This document shows positions 40,032-49,370 of a stretch of 64,000 bases of DNA, in pieces. The stretch covers positions 2,464,001 to 2,528,000 of the forward strand of contig OZ245842.1 of NCBI GenBank assembly GCA_965228895.1, read 5' to 3'. Positions within the stretch are counted from its first letter, which is position 1; every line of letters begins with the position of its first letter. This DNA comes from Alphaproteobacteria bacterium. GTDB lineage: Bacteria; Pseudomonadota; Alphaproteobacteria; SP197. The notes under the pieces were generated by a model. It did not search any database. It had not been told where the DNA came from and was given only the letters and a program-made list of their open reading frames with translations. The translations under genes were made by a program, and so were the position numbers.

Positions 40032-40622
40032 CTAGACCGCGGCCACGCCGATCATGCCATCGCGGGTGACCAGCGCGGCGAGCTCGTCCTCGCTCATGCC
40101 GTCGGTCCCCTCGGGCCGCATGGGCAGCACGAGATAACGGATCTCGGCACTGGAATCCCAGACCCGCACCTCGACATCCTTCGGCACCGTCAAACCGAAT
40201 TCGTCGAGCACCGCGCGCGGCTCGCGGACAACCCGCGAACGATAGGGCGGACTTTTGTACCAGACCGGCGGCAGGCCCAGCACCGGCCAGGGGTAACAGG
40301 AGCACAAGGTGCAGACGACGACGTTGTGAACCGTCGGCGTGTTCTCCAGCACCACCATGTTTTCTCCCTGGAGGCCCGAATAGCCGAGCTCGCCAATCGC
40401 GGCCGTGGCGTCGTCAAGCAGGCGTTCCTTGTAGGCCGGATCGGTCCAGGCGCGCGCAACCACGGCAGCACCGTTGCGCGGGCCAACGCGGGTCTCGTAG
40501 TAGTCCACCATGCGGTCGATGCCGACCGGGTCAACCAAACCCTTCTCGGCAAGAAGGCTCTCGATCGCCTTCACCCTCAGTGCGATGTCCGATTCCGGTT
40601 CGTTGTGGCCGTGACCTGCCAT
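40032..40622 (-). CDS. nthA: Cobalt-type nitrile hydratase alpha subunit
   Basis: VCTLCSCY metal motif (T/Y pattern of Co-type), [27 protein letters not shown]. Confidence 0.95.
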   Translation of the reverse strand: MAGHGHNEPESDIALRVKAIESLLAEKGLVDPVGIDRMVDYYETRVGPRNGAAVVARAWTDPAYKERLLDDATAAIGELGYSGLQGENMVVLENTPTVHNVVVCTLCSCYPWPVLGLPPVWYKSPPYRSRVVREPRAVLDEFGLTVPKDVEVRVWDSSAEIRYLVLPMRPEGTDGMSEDELAALVTRDGMIGVAAV

Positions 40623-40836
40623 GAACAATCGTCCTCACATGTTCGTCCGATCCGCGCAGAGCATACGTTGCCGGTCGCCTGCGGTCCATGGCGCTTGGCA
40701 CGCTGGCATGCCCAATCTTCAGCATCTCCTTGACCTGCCGCGGGCTGGCTTCGAAACTGCCGGGGCGGCGGGGATCGGCCTGCCCGCATGGCGCCATGGC
40801 GGCGCCATGGAGATCAGGTTTACGGAGAGGAAACGG

Positions 40837-41310
40837 ATGGCCATCGCCGTATCGATGACGGTGAACGGGAAACAGGTCTCGGGCGAGGTGGAAGAACGCA
40901 CCCTTCTCGTCCAGTTTCTGCGCGAACACCTGCGGCTGACCGGCACGCATGTCGGCTGCGATACCAGCCAATGCGGCGCCTGCGTCGTGCATCTTGACGG
41001 CGCTTCGGTCAAAGCCTGCACCCTGCTTGCCGCCCAGGCCGACGGCCATGACGTCATGACCATCGAAGGCATCGCCGACGGCGATACATTGCATCCGATG
41101 CAGGAGGCCTTTCGCGAAAACCATGGCCTACAGTGCGGCTTCTGCACACCCGGCATGATCATGAGCGCGATCGATCTCCTGAAAAACAACCCCAGTCCGA
41201 GCGAGCAGGAGATCCGCCACCACCTGGAAGGCAACCTGTGCCGCTGCACCGGCTACCACAACATCGTGAAGTCGATACAGGCAGCCGCCCAGACCATGGC
41301 CGGCGACTGA
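40837..41310 (+). CDS. coxS: Molybdoenzyme [2Fe-2S] small subunit (CoxS/CutS-like)
   Basis: [26 protein letters not shown]. Confidence 0.92.
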   Translation: MAIAVSMTVNGKQVSGEVEERTLLVQFLREHLRLTGTHVGCDTSQCGACVVHLDGASVKACTLLAAQADGHDVMTIEGIADGDTLHPMQEAFRENHGLQCGFCTPGMIMSAIDLLKNNPSPSEQEIRHHLEGNLCRCTGYHNIVKSIQAAAQTMAGD

Positions 41311-41323
41311 GGGAAACAGGACA

Positions 41324-42118
41324 ATGTATAGCTTTGCCTACCACAAGCCGTCGTCTCTGGATGAAGCGACGAGCCTCTTCGCCGAGGCTGACGACGCCCG
41401 CTACATCGCCGGCGGCCACACGCTTTTGCCCAGCATGAAGCTTCGCCTGGCGGGTCCATCCGACTTGATCGATCTGGGCGGGCTCGGCGACCTGAAGGGC
41501 ATCAGCGTCGACGATCAGGGCGTCAAGATCGGCGCCGGCACGTGCCACAACGCCGTCGCGGTATCCGCCGACGTTCGCGCGGCCATACCGGCCTTGGCCG
41601 ACCTGGCGGGCTGTATTGGCGACTTTCAGGTGCGCAACCGCGGCACGATCGGCGGATCGCTCGCCAACAACGATCCAGCCGCCGACTACCCCGCGGCGGT
41701 CCTGGGCTTGGCGGCGACCGTTCACACGAACAAACGCGACATCGCCGCCGATGACTTCTTCACAGGCATGTTCGAAACGGCGCTCGACGACGGCGAGCTC
41801 ATCGTGGCCGTCAGCTTTCCCAAACCACGGCGTGCCAGCTATGCAAAGTTCCCCAATCCCGCATCCCGTTACGCCATTGTCGGGGTGATGGTCGCTGAAA
41901 CAGCGAACGGCGTGCGCGTCGCCGTGACGGGCGCCGGCCCTTGCGTGTTCCGTGTCGCCGAGATGGAGCAGGCCCTGGCCCAGGATTTCAGCAAGCAGGC
42001 AGTTGCCGAGATCCAGGTTCCTGAAGACGATTTGAACAACGATATCCATGCAGGCGCCGACTATCGCGCGCACCTCGTGACCGTGATGGCCGGACGCGCA
42101 GTGGCGGCGGTACGCTAA
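41324..42118 (+). CDS. coxM: Molybdoenzyme FAD-binding medium subunit (CoxM/CutM-like)
   Basis: [43 protein letters not shown]. Confidence 0.92.
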   Translation: MYSFAYHKPSSLDEATSLFAEADDARYIAGGHTLLPSMKLRLAGPSDLIDLGGLGDLKGISVDDQGVKIGAGTCHNAVAVSADVRAAIPALADLAGCIGDFQVRNRGTIGGSLANNDPAADYPAAVLGLAATVHTNKRDIAADDFFTGMFETALDDGELIVAVSFPKPRRASYAKFPNPASRYAIVGVMVAETANGVRVAVTGAGPCVFRVAEMEQALAQDFSKQAVAEIQVPEDDLNNDIHAGADYRAHLVTVMAGRAVAAVR

Positions 42119-42278
42119 CGCGACAGCACCAATCTCGGTTTCCGGTCGCGGTATTGTGACCCCAACCCACAGGTAGCCACGCGTTTTCGCCGGGATGCAG
42201 TTCGTTTGCCTTTGGCGGCACGGTGTTATGATGGCGCTATGACGGCGCCTCGGTCCCAGCCTGCCCTGGCAGGTCCTC

Positions 42279-45200
42279 ATGACTGATCAGCCGCCGCCCA
42301 AGCGGGTGCGCCGGCGCATCGCTTTGTTGGCCGCATTGGGTATCGGCCTCATTGTGGTCGCCCTCGCGGTGACGTACGCGGCACGCATCCCGATCGCCAT
42401 GTGGGTCGCCGCCGACGTCTTGGCCGATACACCGTTCGAGAACGCGACGTTCCACCTCGTCGTGCTGAATGACGAACGGCTGGTGCTGGAGGATCTCGAA
42501 GCCGACTATCCGTTCCACGTCCGCGCGGCGCGCGTCGTCGTGACCTACGAGCCCTTGGCCGCGTTGGACGGTTCGATCGAGTCGGTCACCGTATCCGGCC
42601 TCCAAGCCACGCTCACCCCCGACCAGCTAACGGATCTGCAGGCGTCCGATGGGTCGAGCGGCGAGCCGCCGGTCGCCATTGGACGGCTGGGTGTCGAAGA
42701 TGGCCTCGTATCGCTGATGCTTGGCGAACGTCAGATCGACCTCACGTTGAATGGTGAACTCGCCAGCTTCAATCCGCTAGCGGGCATGTTCGACGTGGCG
42801 GTCGCAGACCCCGAATTTCGTCTGAACGGCCCTGTCACCATTCGTTCCAGCGACGGACAGACCGGCCCCACCGTAACCTGGCGGATTGACGGTGGTGACG
42901 TTCAACGCGACGAGCTATCCATGGCGGATGTCACGGGCCAAGTGCTGGTCGAGGGCCCGCGTGGCGACGGGACGGGTCTGATCATCGATGTCTCGCTCGC
43001 CGCACCGAGGGCGGTCTTCAGACCCTACGACACCGGCCCCTTCAGTCTCGATCTCGAAGCTGCTGTCAGCCTGGGCGACAGACCAGCCATCGATACCGCC
43101 TTAGCCACCATGGAACTGGGCGCAGAATCTGGGCCGTTTCATGCGCGCCTTACGGCAAACGTGCGTGACATGACGGATGTGACAACGACAGCCCGGATCG
43201 AAATCGGCCGCGACCTCACGATCGCAACCGGCCCGGACATCACGTTTACCGCACCCGCATCGTTAAGCACTCAAGCTACCGCGACGCTTCCCGATGCATG
43301 GCTTGGCAATGTGGAAGACCTGACCGATCTGGCATTGACGCTGCTGACGTCGTTCTCGGCGACATTCCAGAGCGACGGCATCGCTATCGTCGGTTATGGC
43401 AACGTGGCTTCGGCATCGGGCGACATCACGCTGACACCCCGTGAATCTGAAACCACGATCGTGATCGGGCCGGACACTGTGGCCACGGAACTGCTCGTCG
43501 ATCCCGATGCGTTATCGGCTTGGGATGTGCCCGAGGACCTGGCCACCGTTCTGTCCGTGCCCATCGATATCGCCATCGATTCTGGTGACCAACCTTTGAC
43601 GCTCCGTGACCTCGCGGAGGGTGGCCACATGATCGAAGGCGAAGCAGGTCTGAGCCTGACCCAGACAGATCGATCGGCGACACTTCGGCTTGAGGGCAAA
43701 GCGCAGCTAGCTCCTGACGCCACCCTGGAAACGGCATTGGTACGCGATGCCGCACTGTCCGTCGTCGCCTCGTCGCTGGGGGATATCGAGGGTCTGTTGC
43801 TGATCGGCAGCGGACGGGCGGAATTCAGCGATCAGACGTGGCACGCCGACCTGGAAATCGATGGCACCGCCGAGAGCGCCGTCATCGACACCGCACGCAT
43901 CGAAAATTTGGCTCTGACACTCCCGCTGGACGCCACATGGAACGGTGAGATCGTCGACCTCACCGCTCAGCCCGTCGTGCTTGCCAGCGCATCGGCGGTC
44001 CATGTCGGCGATGCGCGGTCCGGCCCGGTCGAACTGGACCTACCCATGCGGCTCACCGGCACGCCCGATAAGTTCTCGCTTTACCTCGACGACAACGGCT
44101 GGATCGACCTTGCCGGCTTGACCCATCCCCACTTCGTTATCGACCAGCCGCTATCGGTTAGGCTCGAACAAATGGGGCTGCCGGTGCTCACGGTCGAGTT
44201 TGACGACGACGGTTATCCCGTTTGGGACACGCGCCTGAAGGTTACGCCGCCATCGGCGACCGTGACCGTCCTCGGCGACGACGGCCTGCCGGGAGCGGTC
44301 GTCACGGGCACGCTTCCGAAGATTAGCGTTCATGCCAATCAGCTCATTGCCAGTTACTTGACCGCAACGATGGAATCCAGTGGCGGCTCGCTCACCTGGG
44401 TCGATCAGGACATCATGGCAACCGGCCTGAAGTCGCTGATCACCTACAACACCGGCCTGTCGCCGTGGCCCCAGCTCCATCTGGAAATCGATGCCATCCA
44501 AGATCTTGCCGCCCCCAAACGTTTTGCGGACTTTTCCACCGATATCCGGATTGCACCCGTATGGCCACAAGGCGACGATGTCAGGCTGTCGCTCAACGTT
44601 CACGCGCCGGACCGGCGTTACGCCCTGAATGTAGAGGCGAGTTATCAGCCGACAAAAGATCTGGCGACGGCGCTTGTACGTTTGCCGCCCCTCACCTTCG
44701 AACCCGGCGGTTATCAGCCCAGCGACCTGTCGCCCATGCTGGTATCCTCGACCAAGGACGTCAGCGGTTCGATTGGGATCACCGGCGACGTCACGTGGCA
44801 ATCAGGCGTCTGGTCGAGCGACCTTGATGTTGCTTTGCGCGAAATCTCCGCAACGACCTATGGCGTCCGTATCGAACGACTGAACAGCCTGATCAACATT
44901 GACGGTGTGATGCCGCCATCAACGCCACCGGGGCAGCTCGTGGCGATCGGCGGCATCGATGCCGGTCTGCCGCTGCGCGACGCGCTGATCAGTTTGTCGC
45001 TCAGCGGTGACGGAACATTGAATCTGGAGAGCGCCGAGATGAAGTTCGCCGGCGGCGAGGTCACCGCCGACCCGCTGGTGTGGCATCTTGAGAGCGATCC
45101 CGAACCGCTTAACCTGCACGTCACCGGTGTCGATGTCGGTGCGTTGTTTGCCCTCGCAGAACTGGACGACCTCACCGCGACGGGAACGCTGGACGGCACC

Positions 45201-45572
45201 ATTCCGGTCCGCGTCGTCGGCGATGACGTCTTGATCGAAGGCGCGCATTTGGCGAGCCGCGAGCCCGGCCAACTGCGTTATCTGCCGGACGGCGCACCGA
45301 CAGGTCTGGGCGCCGATGACGCCAGCATCGATCTGGTGCTGGCCGCGCTCAGCAACTTCCATTACGACCGCCTCGATGTCGATCTGAGCCGCGCTGCGGG
45401 CGGCGAGACCGAGGTCGGCCTGCATATTGCCGGATCCAATCCGGATCTGTATGACGGCTATCCGATCGAACTGAATGTCAATCTGACCGGCGAATTGGAC
45501 CGAATTGTGCGCGACAGCCTTGCCGGTTACCGCATTCCCGATGAGATCAAAGAGCGACTGTCGGGTTTTTGA
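42279..45572 (+). CDS. ydbH: YdbH-family AsmA-like intermembrane bridge protein
   Basis: N-terminal TM anchor, long beta-rich body, C-terminal ATG.LDG.IP..AL.NFHY..GSNPDLYDGYPIELNVNLTG; ynbE-ydbL synteny. Confidence 0.85.
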   Translation: MTDQPPPKRVRRRIALLAALGIGLIVVALAVTYAARIPIAMWVAADVLADTPFENATFHLVVLNDERLVLEDLEADYPFHVRAARVVVTYEPLAALDGSIESVTVSGLQATLTPDQLTDLQASDGSSGEPPVAIGRLGVEDGLVSLMLGERQIDLTLNGELASFNPLAGMFDVAVADPEFRLNGPVTIRSSDGQTGPTVTWRIDGGDVQRDELSMADVTGQVLVEGPRGDGTGLIIDVSLAAPRAVFRPYDTGPFSLDLEAAVSLGDRPAIDTALATMELGAESGPFHARLTANVRDMTDVTTTARIEIGRDLTIATGPDITFTAPASLSTQATATLPDAWLGNVEDLTDLALTLLTSFSATFQSDGIAIVGYGNVASASGDITLTPRESETTIVIGPDTVATELLVDPDALSAWDVPEDLATVLSVPIDIAIDSGDQPLTLRDLAEGGHMIEGEAGLSLTQTDRSATLRLEGKAQLAPDATLETALVRDAALSVVASSLGDIEGLLLIGSGRAEFSDQTWHADLEIDGTAESAVIDTARIENLALTLPLDATWNGEIVDLTAQPVVLASASAVHVGDARSGPVELDLPMRLTGTPDKFSLYLDDNGWIDLAGLTHPHFVIDQPLSVRLEQMGLPVLTVEFDDDGYPVWDTRLKVTPPSATVTVLGDDGLPGAVVTGTLPKISVHANQLIASYLTATMESSGGSLTWVDQDIMATGLKSLITYNTGLSPWPQLHLEIDAIQDLAAPKRFADFSTDIRIAPVWPQGDDVRLSLNVHAPDRRYALNVEASYQPTKDLATALVRLPPLTFEPGGYQPSDLSPMLVSSTKDVSGSIGITGDVTWQSGVWSSDLDVALREISATTYGVRIERLNSLINIDGVMPPSTPPGQLVAIGGIDAGLPLRDALISLSLSGDGTLNLESAEMKFAGGEVTADPLVWHLESDPEPLNLHVTGVDVGALFALAELDDLTATGTLDGTIPVRVVGDDVLIEGAHLASREPGQLRYLPDGAPTGLGADDASIDLVLAALSNFHYDRLDVDLSRAAGGETEVGLHIAGSNPDLYDGYPIELNVNLTGELDRIVRDSLAGYRIPDEIKERLSGF

Positions 45573-45589
45573 CACAAAGGACGTATCAG

Positions 45590-45838
45590 ATGGATGTCGC
45601 GAGCAGGGAGGCCTCCGTGACCGACCATACAAGACCTACCAGGGCACAGCCCGGCACCCTAACGGCCGTACTTTTTTTGGCCGTGGTGCTGGTGGCCGCC
45701 TGCCAGCCAACCGTCAGGGTTGAAGCGCCGAAAGACCCGATTGTCATCAATCTTAACGTTAAGATTGAACAAGAAGTCAGGGTCAAACTCGAGAAAGATG
45801 TCGAAGATCTGCTGGAGCAGGACGATGATATTTTCTGA
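45590..45838 (+). CDS. ynbE: YnbE-family lipoprotein
   Basis: VAAC lipobox; PTVRVEAPKDPIVINLNVKIEQEVRVK..DIF. Confidence 0.9.
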   Translation: MDVASREASVTDHTRPTRAQPGTLTAVLFLAVVLVAACQPTVRVEAPKDPIVINLNVKIEQEVRVKLEKDVEDLLEQDDDIF

Positions 45839-46190
45839 TCATGGCCTCACACGCCGACGGCTGATGGTCTTAAGCTTGTCCGCGATCGCGTTCCTGGCTG
45901 TCGATGCGGCGCCGGCCCTGGCGCAAAGCCTGGATGACGCGCGGGCCGCCGGCTATGTCGGCGAACGCCCGGACGGCTATATCGGCCTGGTCGATGCAAG
46001 TGCGCCCTCTTGGGCGGCGCAACTGGTCGACTCGGTTAACACCGAACGCCTGGCACGCTATCAGGAGTTGGCAGTCTCGAACGGCACGTCTGTCGAAGCC
46101 GTCCAGGTCGTCGCGGCCCAGAAGATCATCGACCGTTTGCCAGCCGGTTCCTATTACATGGACGCTGGCGGAGCCTGGGTGCAAAAATAG
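45825..46190 (+). CDS. ydbL: YdbL-family protein (DUF1318)
   Basis: LDDARAAGYVGERPDGYIGLV, VN.ER..Y, G.W. Confidence 0.9.
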   Translation: MIFSDHGLTRRRLMVLSLSAIAFLAVDAAPALAQSLDDARAAGYVGERPDGYIGLVDASAPSWAAQLVDSVNTERLARYQELAVSNGTSVEAVQVVAAQKIIDRLPAGSYYMDAGGAWVQK

Positions 46191-46229
46191 GCGCCAAGCC
46201 GACTTCCTTACCTTGGCATTGCCCCTGGC

Positions 46230-47153
46230 ATGACATTGCCTGAGACCATCGACGATACCGCGTCCATGCTGGCGACCTGCGATTACATTGCCGACCGCAG
46301 CCTGGCGACAACCGTCTATCTGTCACTCAAGATGGGCCGCCCGCTGTTTTTGGAAGGCGAAGCCGGCGTCGGCAAGACGGAGGTCGCCAAGGTCCTAGCG
46401 CAGGGTCTGGGCCGCGATCTCATTCGCCTGCAGTGTTATGAGGGTCTGGATATCGCCCACGCGGTCTACGAGTGGAACTATCCGCGCCAGATGGTCGAGA
46501 TCAGGCTGGCCGAGGCCGACGGCAGCGCCGATCGGCGCAGTGTCGCCGACAGCATCTATACCGGCGACTTCCTGATTCAACGGCCGATCCTTCAGGCTCT
46601 GGAGCCGCACAAGGATGGTCCGCCGGTGTTGCTGATCGACGAACTCGATCGCACCGACGAGCCGTTCGAGGCTTTCCTTCTGGAGATTCTCTCCGATTTC
46701 CAGGTGACGATCCCGGAGCTGGGCGTTGTCAAAGCCGACACACCGCCGATCGTGGTCGTTACCTCGAACCGGACACGCGAGATCCACGATGCGCTGAAGC
46801 GCCGCTGCCTCTATTTCTGGATCGACTACCCCGATGCCGCACGCGAACTAGAGATTCTGCATCGCAAGGTCCCGGCCTGCGACGAACGCCTGTCGGCCGA
46901 GATTGTCGCCTTCGTTCAAGCTCTGCGCGACCAAGATCTGTTCAAACACCCGGGTGTTGCCGAGACGATTGACTGGGCGACAGCCCTGGTTCAGCTCGAC
47001 GTCTTGGCGCTTGCCCCCTCCATGATCAACGACACCTTGGGCGTGCTGCTCAAGTACCAGGATGACATCGCTAGGGTGCGCGGTTCAGAAGCCGCCGCCA
47101 TTCTGGATCGCATTCGACGTGACAGCGTGTCCGCCGGAGCTGTTGCGGAATGA
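46230..47153 (+). CDS. coxD: MoxR-type AAA+ ATPase (CoxD-like)
   Basis: LEGEAGVGKTE, RLQCYEGLD, LIDELDR.DEPFEA, TSNRTRE.HDALKRRC. Confidence 0.9.
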   Translation: MTLPETIDDTASMLATCDYIADRSLATTVYLSLKMGRPLFLEGEAGVGKTEVAKVLAQGLGRDLIRLQCYEGLDIAHAVYEWNYPRQMVEIRLAEADGSADRRSVADSIYTGDFLIQRPILQALEPHKDGPPVLLIDELDRTDEPFEAFLLEILSDFQVTIPELGVVKADTPPIVVVTSNRTREIHDALKRRCLYFWIDYPDAARELEILHRKVPACDERLSAEIVAFVQALRDQDLFKHPGVAETIDWATALVQLDVLALAPSMINDTLGVLLKYQDDIARVRGSEAAAILDRIRRDSVSAGAVAE

Positions 47154-48376
47154 CCGCCGGTCCGGCGCCCTCGCCTGACGCCGGCAAACTTGCCGACAAC
47201 ATCGTACTGTTCGGCCGAGCCTTGCGGTCGGCAGGTCTGCCTGTAGGCACCGGGCGGATTCTGAATGCTGTTCGGGCGGTGGAGGCTGCCGGTGTTACCC
47301 GACGTGATGATTTCTACTGGGCCTTGCACGCCCACTTCGTCAGCCGTCATGACCACCACACCATCTTCGATCAGGCTTTCCACGTCTTCTGGCGTGATCC
47401 CGAACTGCTTGGGAAGATTTTGAGCCTGGTGTTGCCATCGGCTCCATCAGAAAGCGGGGACACACGCGAACCATTGAGCCAGCGCGTCGCCGACGCGTTG
47501 GGCGTGGGACAGCAGAATGACCACGCAGCGGAAGCCGACGACGACATCGAAACCGACATGACGATGACGTTCTCGGATCGCGAGGCGCTGCGCGATATGG
47601 ATTTCGACTCCATGTCCGCCGATGAGATAGCCCGCGCCAAGAAAGCCGTCACCGCCATCACGCTCAACCTGCGCCCAATCACAACACGGCGGCTGCGCAG
47701 TCATGCGTCCGGCGACCGCGTCGATATGCGCGCGACCATGCGTGCGGCCCTACGTGGATCCAGTGGCATCATCACTCTTGAGCGGCGCCGCCGCCGCACG
47801 CGACCGCCGGCCCTGGTGCTGTTGTGTGACATCTCCGGCTCCATGAGCGGCTATAGCCAGATGCTCGTTCACTTCGCTCATGCGCTGACCAATGACCGGG
47901 ACCGCGTCCACACCTTTCTGTTCGGCACCCGTCTCAACAACATCACGCGCCACCTGCGTCACAAGGATGTCGAACGCGCCATGGCCGACGTTGCCGATGC
48001 CGTTGACGACTGGTCGGGCGGCACGCGGATCGGCGGCTGTCTGCACAGCTTCAACCGCGACTGGTCGCGTCGCCTGTTAGCCCAGGGCGCGGTTGTCGTC
48101 TTGATGACCGATGGCCTCGATCGCGATACCGGCGACAATCTCGCCATCGCGGTAAATCGACTGCATATGTCGAGCCGGTGCCTGATATGGCTTAATCCCC
48201 TGTTGCGCTATGATGGGTTTGAACCCAAATCCTGGGGGATACGGGCGATGCTGCCCCATGTCGACGTGTTCCGTTCCGCACACAACCTGGCAAGTCTCGA
48301 AGAGCTGGCGGGACTTCTTGCCGACGCGACAGGGGCAGACGATGAGGAGAGCATGCGATGGCGACAAGCGATCTAG
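47150..48376 (+). CDS. coxE: VWA-domain protein (CoxE-like)
   Basis: DISGSMSGYS MIDAS, FGTRL, DWSGGTRIG, WLNPL. Confidence 0.9.
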   Translation: MTAGPAPSPDAGKLADNIVLFGRALRSAGLPVGTGRILNAVRAVEAAGVTRRDDFYWALHAHFVSRHDHHTIFDQAFHVFWRDPELLGKILSLVLPSAPSESGDTREPLSQRVADALGVGQQNDHAAEADDDIETDMTMTFSDREALRDMDFDSMSADEIARAKKAVTAITLNLRPITTRRLRSHASGDRVDMRATMRAALRGSSGIITLERRRRRTRPPALVLLCDISGSMSGYSQMLVHFAHALTNDRDRVHTFLFGTRLNNITRHLRHKDVERAMADVADAVDDWSGGTRIGGCLHSFNRDWSRRLLAQGAVVVLMTDGLDRDTGDNLAIAVNRLHMSSRCLIWLNPLLRYDGFEPKSWGIRAMLPHVDVFRSAHNLASLEELAGLLADATGADDEESMRWRQAI

Positions 48377-48687
48377 AGGGCGACGTCCTGGCCGAAGCGC
48401 TTGCCTGGCAGCAAGCCGGCCATCAGGTCGCTCTGGCAACCGTGACGGCGACTTGGGGTTCCAGTCCGCGCCCGGTCGGAAGCCAACTGGCCGTCCGCGA
48501 CGACAGCACGTTTCGCGGTTCGGTGTCCGGCGGCTGCATCGAAGGCGCGGTAATCCAGGAGGCGCTTGCGGCCCTTAAGGACGGCAAGACGCGCAATCTG
48601 GAGTTTTCCGTCAGCAACGAACAGGCCTGGGAGGTCGGGCTGACCTGTGGCGGCACGGTGCAGATCTTTGTCGAGCCGGTCGCGTGA
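48358..48687 (+). CDS. XdhC/CoxI family protein, N-terminal domain gene
   Basis: TWGSSPRPVGS, GSVSGGCIE, GLTCGG. Confidence 0.9.
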   Translation: MATSDLEGDVLAEALAWQQAGHQVALATVTATWGSSPRPVGSQLAVRDDSTFRGSVSGGCIEGAVIQEALAALKDGKTRNLEFSVSNEQAWEVGLTCGGTVQIFVEPVA

Positions 48688-49370
48688 CGCCGCAAACGCT
48701 CGAAGAACTGCAACGCGCGCGCCTCGACCGTCAGCCCACCGTCGTCGCGACATGGCTTGATGACGGCGAACAGGTCCTGGTGACGCCGCACAACGGCGCG
48801 TCTCCACCACCAATCGCACAGGCAATTGGTCAAGCGCTCGCGGACGATCGTTCGCAAACGGTCGAAATCGACGGCCGACGCCTGTTCCTTCATGTCTTCA
48901 ACACGCCGCTTCGGCTGATCGTGATCGGCGCGGTGCATATCGCCGAGCCGCTCGCCCGCTACGCCACGATTGCCGGCTACGACGTCGCGCTGGTTGATCC
49001 GCGGCGCGCCTTTGCCGACCGTGAGCGGTTTGCCGGCGTCACGATCATCGACGCCTGGCCCGACGACGCCTTGGCCGAACTCAAGCCGGACCGCCGCACC
49101 GCCATCGTCACCTTGACCCATGATCCCAAGATCGATGACCCCGCGCTTCATGTCGCGTTGCGCGCACCGGTGCTCTACATCGGCTCGTTGGGCAGCAAGA
49201 GGACCCATGCCAAACGTGTCGAACGGTTGCGCGAAGCGGGTTTTTCCGATGACGAGATCCGCCGCATTCACGCGCCAGTCGGTCTCGACATCGGCGCCAA
49301 ATCGCCGCAGGAAATCGCGCTTTCGATCATGGCCGAAATCACCGCTGTCCGCCGCGAGAAAGCGTCTTGA
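48684..49370 (+). CDS. XdhC/CoxF family protein, C-terminal Rossmann domain gene
   Basis: IGAVHIA, DPR, THDPKIDD, YIGSLGS, PVGLDIGA..PQEIA. Confidence 0.9.
   Translation: MTPQTLEELQRARLDRQPTVVATWLDDGEQVLVTPHNGASPPPIAQAIGQALADDRSQTVEIDGRRLFLHVFNTPLRLIVIGAVHIAEPLARYATIAGYDVALVDPRRAFADRERFAGVTIIDAWPDDALAELKPDRRTAIVTLTHDPKIDDPALHVALRAPVLYIGSLGSKRTHAKRVERLREAGFSDDEIRRIHAPVGLDIGAKSPQEIALSIMAEITAVRREKAS

Noticed and set aside
40695-40712. Sigma54 promoter-like TTGGCACG..TGC upstream of coxS
   Set aside because: GG-to-GC spacing is 11 nt rather than the required 10.
48358-49370. Split xdhC as a pseudogene or novelty
   Set aside because: Two-gene XdhC arrangements are common in alphaproteobacterial cox clusters, and the GTGA coupling is clean.
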